NCBI GenBank assembly: GCA_051362555.1
Contig: CM120641.1
Location: 12,524,001 to 12,588,000, forward strand
Source of the DNA: Lingula anatina
Taxonomy: Eukaryota; Animalia; Brachiopoda
DNA length: 64,000 bases
Reading direction: 5' to 3'
Every line of letters starts with the position of its first letter. The stretch's first letter is position 1. A program made the translations under genes and the position numbers. Below the pieces are notes generated by a model. It was not told the origin of the DNA, ran no database searches, and saw only the letters and a program-made list of their open reading frames with translations. Shown piece after piece: positions 53,601 to 62,900 of this stretch.

Positions 53601-53869
53601 AATGATATGGAGTTTTAGGTGGGTTTTTTTCTGATATATTTATTGATTATTTGAAATTATACTTGCATTTTTGCATTTTAAAAGAAAATATTATGTAAAA
53701 CACAATATTATGCAATGGTTTGTGCATATGTTCTCATAATTGTTTTTATAGCATGTTTTTGATAATAAAAAAGGTTTAAATGCTCCTGATGCATGTGCCA
53801 TGTGTGAAAATGTCAATCACTTTTATGTATGTGGGTGTGGTTGTTCAAGTGTAAGTTTGCACAGTGTGA

Positions 53870-53919
<50 letters not shown>

Positions 53920-56900
53920 AATGGTTGTAAGTCCAGTGTACAATTGACACTGTTTGACAGAGTTCTTCTCTCACCATCTACCCCTTCTAAAAAAATATGC
54001 ACTTGGTTTTGTAGAAAATTTTGGAGCACAATCACATGTCCCAGTCCCTAGTTGTTACCTCATTTGTCACCTTTGTGCTGTGCATGATTGTACTGGGGTG
54101 CATCGCATGGTTCCTATTGGAATTGCCTGTAAGTTGGGTTTTGGAGGCTACTAGAATTTTTGGTAGCCAATGAAGGGAGGGAGTCTTTGAATAACATGGC
54201 AGCAAAGTGACAGAGAGGACTAGCATTGCTTATGAGATTTGGCACAAAGACATAAAATTTTTCAGTGTATCCAAAATGCTCATGTTTGTGTTTCACTTAT
54301 ACCAGTGCAAATTTTTTCTGCTGTTATCATTTTCTGTTTTGAATGCTTGATTTTGCATTTCCAACCCAATGATTGTATTAGAATTGAGCCAATGGTATTT
54401 GTGCAAAATGCATAAATGGTAAAATGTCTTGATTTTTTAAACCACTCTGGTTTTATATACAGTATATGAAGAAAAAATTCATTTTTGGAAAAAAATAACA
54501 TGAAGATTACAAGACATTTTGCCCATGTTTCTTATTGTTTTGTGGTGATGGGTTTTGATACTAAATTATTCTTTTAGAGCAACTTTGGTTTTAACCCCTG
54601 TATTGGATGCTTGTTTGAACAGAAATAGTTTTTCCCGCTGACTTGAAGCTTTGCTGAATTGAAGAAAAGTGACATTCACAGCCTAACTATACTTGAGTTA
54701 CACACAAAAAGATTATTCTATGAACAAATCAACTCTTGCCTTAGGCTACTGACTAAGGCTAAATAAATTGAACACAGTCGTACAAGTTAAATATGCCTGA
54801 GAAACTATTTTTAATTGATACTTTTCCAAATTTCAAAATTTCAGGAAAAAAAGGTCACCTAGTTTCACTCTGATATTCTATTTTGTGACATGGTAGCTTT
54901 GATACTTGACATCAGTATTACACACAATTATTGTTTCAAAACCACTTTAGACTGACTCAAAAATGTTTTAAATGCTTCCAAAGAAATATGTTCATGCATA
55001 TAAAACCTGCAGTTTTTTATTGAAGAAACAAATGGCTTATTACATGGTTATTAAGTATGACAAATTAATGACCCCATTCTGTTCTGCCATTGGTCCAAAT
55101 TATTTCAGTGCTTGCTGTTGTATATCAAGTACCAACAAAAATCAAAAGCCATTCCAAAACTTCACTCGGGATATATCACATGACTTGGGAACATCTTTGT
55201 TTGCTCAACCTAAAAAAGAAAGTATGTAACAAATAATGGGGATAAATACACATGCATATAATTATCCATCATTAATTGTCAAACAATGATATATTATCAA
55301 AATATTAATTAATTAATACTAATGACTAAAAATTGTGAAGAATATCATTAGCCTTTTATTTTTGAGCATTGAATTGTTGCAAAAAACTCTGTCACTTTTC
55401 TCTTTAGTGTCAGATTCAATAGATTTAAACAACACTCAAAATGTTATATTTAAATGATGTGCTATTCAACATAATTCATACATCTCATGTATGTAAAGTC
55501 TACCTACTATTTACACCAACGTACAAAAGTGATACAAAAACAAAGTGATCTTTTATGGAACAACTTTTGTCAAAAATATTTCACAAGAATCACGGGAATT
55601 TAAAGCAGGCCTGTTCATATGGTAACTTAAATATTGTAATGTAACATCATACAAACTCAAACTTAAACTCAAATTCCTCTGTGGCATAAATGTATCATTT
55701 TAAGACAAGGAATGTTTTAATATCATCATGATCACACAGTACATTTCTCAATTAATTTGCTTGGAAAAGTAATAAACCTGAGGTAGCTGGTGACAGGAGT
55801 TTCATTAAAAAGTTTTGGGGCAAACCTTAGACTTCTCAAACTGTTGAGATAAGCAGTCTTTTGGATGCCTTGTTAAAGGAATATCGTTGACTAAATAACA
55901 CAGTTGAGATTGTATTTCAACACTAGTCCAAGATTGAGTTGGCCTGTAAGCTTTATGGTAAATGGTCTGTTAAACACTCACTTCACAGAGTTTTGTAATA
56001 AGAAAAGGGAAGTGCCTTGTTAATAAATTCAGATTTCTTGTTCAATCTCTACTTATCACACCTCAGGCAGTTATACAGATGAAAATCACAGTATTTTTTT
56101 AAATCCAGTGATTGTATTTTAATTATTTTTCTCTAAAATGAAATGGATTGATTTGTGCTTCAAACCCAGCATTAAAAAAGAAGTCCTAAATGTGTGCAGT
56201 GCTTTTTGAATTATTATGCTCTTTAAGATGCAGATTATAAGATTTGGCTAGTTATGCATATATACTTGCCCAAAATATTCAGAAACATCGTTAATTTGAG
56301 TACTTATAAAATAACCATATGAGCTAAGGTAAATATTTTAACCAAATATTGGTGGTTAATGCACGTACCATTCTTTACATTTTTAAACTGAAGATTTCCC
56401 CCATTACATTGAATAGTCTATAATTATTTTAAAAAAACTTCATGTTTCTGAGCTTTTATGGTCAAGTGTATTTTGATCTTCAGCAGAATTCTCCCTTAAA
56501 TCTTGTCTCTGTAAAATACAATATAATTCAGTGTAATCTCAAATCAGAGTAAAAAATCTGTTTTTCCAAAGAAACATAATACCAAGATGAACCTAGATGT
56601 GGAACCAGCAATTTAAAAGGAAAAGGGAAGTGCGTGACTTTTTCATTCATATTTCGGTTATCAATATGTTGTGAATTCTTACATTTTTTTATCGAAGGCA
56701 AAAATAAGATTGATGATATTTCTGAGAGACTGTTTTAAGAAAAAACTGTAAAATGATGAATTAGCCTATAAAATGGCATGCATTATTTGCTGATCATAGA
56801 ATTTTTTTTTTTATTGAAGTATTATAGTGGAAAGAGTACATAGACAACAGTGAGAGAACACTTGTACTACACCACAAATATTACACAAACTCCACTTTGA

Positions 56901-59900
56901 ACAACAATTGCAGAATATTAATTTCATATTAAAAAATTCCAGAATATTAATTTCATATTAAAAAATTCCTCCATGTTGATCAGTACTGACTGAGTTACTC
57001 TATTTAAAATCTTCACACTTTTAACTGTGAAATATTATTGTGTAATTTCAAAATTAAAAAGTATATACATTAAGAAAAGAGCAATATTTCTTTACAATGA
57101 AAATATTCCAATTTTCCACATTCCCCTTAATTCAGTATTATAGCCATGTGAAAATTGTCTTTTATCAGATCAAATAAATGGAAAATAGAAAGGTGTTTCA
57201 TGTGTTTAAGTGTCTGTACAGACTGTCAGGCATTTTCATTTAAACAATTTCAACCGTGATAAGATGTAGTTTTATGTGAACGGAAAAAGAAATGTGGTGC
57301 AGAAATGCCAAGGTTCAGCAATGAAAGTTTATGTTGCTAAAGCCAAGATTACATTTGAAAATGTGTAAATGTAATCTAGGCTTTAATTGATGACAAATAA
57401 TATTGCCATGTAGTAGAACAATTAGGTTGTAAGCACAGTGTGGAGGTATTCACAAACTTTTAAGGGAACTTTCCAGCAGATGTGTTAAACTAAACCGTTG
57501 ATGAAGAATCTTGTTGTCTAGATGATAATAATGATGATATGGAAAAAAAAAGAAATCGTAAAATTATTAATTGAAGGTAAAAAAGTAGAATAGAAAGATG
57601 TAAAATGTTAAATTTTGGTGAAAAATGAAAACATGATATTGAAATATGTGGCAACAAAAAACTTGATGCACTGTCCTGCTGATTGTATGCTACCATAAGA
57701 AATGATTTCCTAGGAGTAACATTCCATCCTGAGTAGCTTTACAAGGTGGCAAGTATTTTTTTCACTTTAAGATATTGTAGTGGCAGCATGAATGAATACT
57801 TGAATTGCATGAACTTTTTTATCCGTTTGCTAATATTATGACACTTTTCTAAACTGTAATTGATTTCACATATTTTTTTCAATTTCTTTAACTTCTAGAA
57901 GAGACCACAGATGTTGAAGAAGAAGAAGAAGAACAAACAACTGTCACAGAAGAAGTAGAGGAAACTACCACAGTTACCCAAGAAATAATCCAAGAAGTTA
58001 CACCAGGGGAGATCTTTACTGAACAGATTTCTGTTCAGGCACCTGCACAGCAGCCCACTCCAGTAGAACTGGTATTTGAAGTACCAAAAGAACAAGTCAC
58101 TGAAGAAGAAACAATTATTACAACAGAAACAACTGAAGTTACCAAACCTGAAGTTGCCCCAGTTGTGGAAGAGGTTATTGAAGAGGAAACAAAAGAAGTA
58201 GAAACTGTCATTGAAGAAGTAACAGAGGTACCTAAGCCTGATGTGTCTGAGGTATCAGGAGAGACCATCACTATAGAAAAGGAACTACCACAGCCCGTGT
58301 CTGAAGTTAAGCCATCTGTGACAGTTGGTGAAGCTGTGGAGTTGACATTTGATGTGGGAGACAAGTTGGCACCTGGAGTAACCCCAGCTGAGGTCCAGAT
58401 TTCCTTCCCCAAGGATGAGAAACCAGAGCAACAGGTATTTGAACAGGTGCTACAGAAACCAGAGGAGGAGGGTGTTCCTCTCCAAAAGGCAGAGCCTGAA
58501 ATCCCTGTACAAGTAGAGTCTCACAGAGAAGAAATAACGATTGGTGTAGAGGAAAAAGAAACCAAACTCCTCCCCACAACAGAACAGGTTGAACTAACAG
58601 CCCCAGTTGTAGAGAAACCTGAAGTTGGTGAGGCACCTGTCTTTGTCAAGCCACTTAGTAATATAACAGAAACTGAAGGAAAGCTTGTCCGATTTGAATG
58701 CAAAGTTACTGGTCATCCAAAGCCAGATATCACTTGGTCACTTGATGAAGAACAGCTTGTCGATGAGCAAGTGTATGATTTCATTGAACTTGAAGATGGA
58801 ACCTGTGTACTGGTCATCCAAGAAACATTCCCTGAAGATGAAGGGGAATATACCTGTAAGGCTGTCAACCAACATGGACAGGCAACCAGCACTGCAGAGC
58901 TGTTCCTGAAAGGTAAGAATGTTGATATGACTGACCTTGTTGGCAGTAAAATCTCATTTTGGTTCCCCATTTATATTGTGAACATAGCATTACAAAAGGC
59001 CTCCCATCAGTATGAAATACTTTTTATGCATCAACAACTTTTTTGTTGTTCAAAGATCTAGCTTAATCTGTCATGCACTATCTCTTGTCTTAAACCCATG
59101 AAAAATATCTTTATTACAGTCATTCTACAAATAAGTTTAAAGAAACATTTGTCATTGACTTTTATTATACCTATATTCTATTATCTTTTCTATCTTCCAC
59201 ACACCCTTGGCTTGGAGTGCTATTTCTTCATTTTGACCTTGGTTTGTTGAATTTGGCATGTCTGTTTGTTGGTGTTTCATATATGTGATGAAGTTATATG
59301 AATTTTATTGAATGATTTGATGATTTGTTGTGTTGATCATTTTGCGTGTTGAAATATTTTGTGTGATTTTGGAATGCATGCTTGCCTGAACTTGGAGATT
59401 AAATAAAGGAGTAAGTCATGAATTAATTTTGTCACAACAAAATTGGTTGCTTATATAGTTCATTATTGATGTTCTTTTTGTATGGTACTTGTTTATGTAT
59501 GATGATTTATGTAAATTTTATAAATATGTGTGCATAAACTTTGCCATAGAGGAATATGAAGGATGGCTAATGTATTTGATAGGGTTATACAAAACAGGTT
59601 ACTAACAGTTAGATTTAGTAAATAACACTTTGTGGATGTTTCTCTTTCATAAGGCACTTACACCAGGATGGCTTTTGATATTGTTATTATTTTTGTACCT
59701 TAAGTAATACATAATTTGGATTCACGGTGCACATACACTAAAACAGCTTTTCACTGATAATGTTACATAGAGCACTTCAGTTGGGTTCCAATGATTATAC
59801 TTTAAGGTGGAATTAAAGGGTTTGATAGACTTGCTATGCAAGTATGTACTTCCGTGAGCTTCCAATTTTAGCACATGTTATAACAGCATCTGTTGGATTT

Positions 59901-62900
59901 TGCATGGACTGGCTACTTTACTAAGTAACAAGGGTGTAGTGGTAAGATGTCAAATGAATAGGTTTACATACATGTGCATTTGGTTGACTATTTACATAGC
60001 AGAACCAAAGGCTCCAAGTGATGTAAAGACAAATGAAGCTAAAGCAACAGAAGATGCCATATTAGCTGAAGCAGTGGAAGAAGAATTGGTTGATGAATCA
60101 ATTGCAGGGTGGCAGTCAGATGTGATTCCCAAATCTATAGAAGGAAGAGAAGAACAGATTTCATCTGAAGCTGAAGCAGAGCAGGCTGTTGCACCAGCTA
60201 CAACAAAAGAACAGACAGCACAGTTGGAATACGAAATTCCAGAAAAAGTTGCTGTAGAGGCTGTAGTCACACAGCCTGAAGAAGAAATTTCACAAAAGAA
60301 ATTGCTTACTGAAGCCAAAACAGAAGAGGTGGCCAGTGTTGAACTTGAGATCACCGAGGAAACTAAGCCTGAGGAGGTATCTCCTGCTCCTAGTGAGGAA
60401 GTACCATCTGAGGTTAAGGACGCAGAAAAGAAATTGCCTTCTGAAGCCAAAACTGAAGAACAGGTGGCCAGTGTTGAACTTGAGATCACAGAGGAAACTA
60501 AGCCAGAGGAGGTATCTACTGCTCCTAGTGAGGAAGTACCATCTGAGGTTAAGGAGGCAGAAAAGAAATTGCCTTCTGAAGCCAAAACTGAAGAACAGAT
60601 AGCCTCTATTGAACTTGAGATCACAGAGGAAACTAAACCTGAGGAGGTATCTACTGCTCCTAGTGAGGAAGTACCATCTGAGGTAAAGGAGGCAGAAAAG
60701 AGACTTCCATCAGAAGCCAAAACCGAAGAACAGGTGGCCAGTGTTGAACTTGAGATCACAGAGGAAACTAAGCCTGAGGAGGTGTCTACTGCACCTAGTG
60801 AGGAAGTTCCATCTGAGGTTAGGGAGGCAGAAAAGAAATTGCCTTCTGAAGCCAAAACCGAAGAACAGGTGGCCAGTGTTGAACTTGAGATCACAGAGGA
60901 AACTAAACCTGATGAGGTATCTACTGCTCCTAGTGAGGAAGTACCATCTGAGGTTAAGGAGGCAGAAAAGAAATTGCCTACTGAAGCCAAAACCGAAGAA
61001 CAGGTGGCCAGTGTTGAACTTGAGATCACAGAGGAAACTAAGCCTGAGGAGGTATCTACTGCTCCTAGTGAGGAAGTACCATCTGAGGTAAAGGAGGCAG
61101 AAAAGAAATTGCCTTCTGAAGCCAAAACAGAAGAACAGGTTGCCTCTATTGAACTTGAGATCACCGAGGAAACTAAGCCTGAGGAGGTATCTACTGCTCC
61201 CAGTGAGGAAGTGCCATCTGAGGTTAAGGAGGCAGAAAAGAAATTGCCTACTGAAGCCAAAACCGAAGAACAGGTGGCCAGTGTTGAACTTGAGATCACA
61301 AAGGAAACTAAGCCTGAGGAGGTATCTACTGCTCCTAGTAAGGAAGTACCATCTGAGGTAAAGGAGGCAGAAAAGAAATTGCCTTCTGAAGCCAAAACAG
61401 AAGAACAGGTTGCCTCTATTGAACTTGAGATCACCGAGGAAACTAAGCCTGAGGAGGTATCTACTGCTCCCAGTGAGGAAGTGCCATCTGAGGTAAAGGA
61501 GGCAGAAAAGAAATTGCCTACTGAAGCCAAAACCGAAGAACAGGTGGCCAGTGTTGAACTTGAGATCACAGAGGAAACTAAGCCTGAGGAGGTGTCTACT
61601 GCTCCTAGTGAGGAAGTACCATCTGAGGTTAAGGAGGCAGAAAAGAAATTGCCTTCTGAAGCCAAAACTGAAGAACAGGTTGCCTCTATTGAACTTGAGA
61701 TCACAGAGGAAACTAAGCCTGAGGAGGTATCTACTGCTCCTAGTGAGGAAGTACCATCTGAGGTTAAGGAGGCAGAAAAGAAATTGCCTTCTGAAGCCAA
61801 AACAGAAGAACAGGTTGCCTCTATTGAACTTGAGATCACTGAGGAAACTAAGCCTGAGGAGGTATCTACTGCTCCCAGTGAGGAAGTGCCATCTGAGGTT
61901 AAGGAGGCAGAAAAGAAATTGCCTTCTGAAGCCAAAACCGTAGAACAGGTGGCCAGTGTTGAGCTTGAGATCACAGAGGAAACTAAACCTGATGAGGTAT
62001 CTACTGCTCCTAGTGAGGAAGTACCATCTCAGGTTAAGGAGGCAGAAAAGAAATTGCCTACTGAAGCCAAAACCGAAGAACAGGTGGCCAGTGTTGAACT
62101 TGAGATCACAGAGGAAACTAAGCCTGATGAGGTATCTAGTGCTCCTAGTGAGGAAGTTCCATGTGAGGTTAAGGAGGCAGAAAAGAAATTGCCTTCTGAA
62201 GCCAAAACCGAAGAACAGGTGGCCAGTGTTGAACTTGAGATCACAGAGGAAACTAAGCCTGATGAGGTATCTACTGCTCCCAGAGAGGAAGTGCCATCTG
62301 AGGTTAAGGAGGCAGAAAAGAAATTGCCTACTGAAGCCAAAACCGAAGAACAGGTGGCCAGTGTTGAACTTGAGATCACAGAGGAAACTAAGCCTGAGGA
62401 GGTATCTACTGCTCCTAGTGAGGAAGTACCATCTGAGGTAAAGGAGGCAGAAAAGAAATTGCCTTCTGAAGCCAAAACAGAAGAACAGGTTGCCTCTATT
62501 GAACTTGAGATCACCGAGGAAACTAAGCCTGAGGAGGTATCTACTGCTCCCAGTGAGGAAGTGCCATCTGAGGTTAAGGAGGCAGAAAAGAAATTGCCTA
62601 CTGAAGCCAAAACCGAAGAACAGGTGGCCAGTGTTGAACTTGAGATCACAGAGGAAACTAAGCCTGAGGAGGTATCTACTGCTCCTAGTGAGGAAGTACC
62701 ATCTGAGGTTAAGGAGGCAGAAAAGAAATTGCCTTCTGAAGCCAAAACTGAAGAACAGGTTGCCTCTATTGAACTTGAGATCACAGAGGAAACTAAACCT
62801 GAGGAGGTATCTACTGCTCCTAGTGAGGAAGTACCATCTGAGGTAAAGGAGGCAGAAAAGAGACTTCCATCAGAAGCCAAAACAGAAGAACAGGTGGCCA

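Noticed and set aside
50449-57696. Numerous 60-90 aa intronic ORFs on both strands
   Set aside because: AT-rich chance ORFs with no domains or coherent splice chain; no nested antisense gene found
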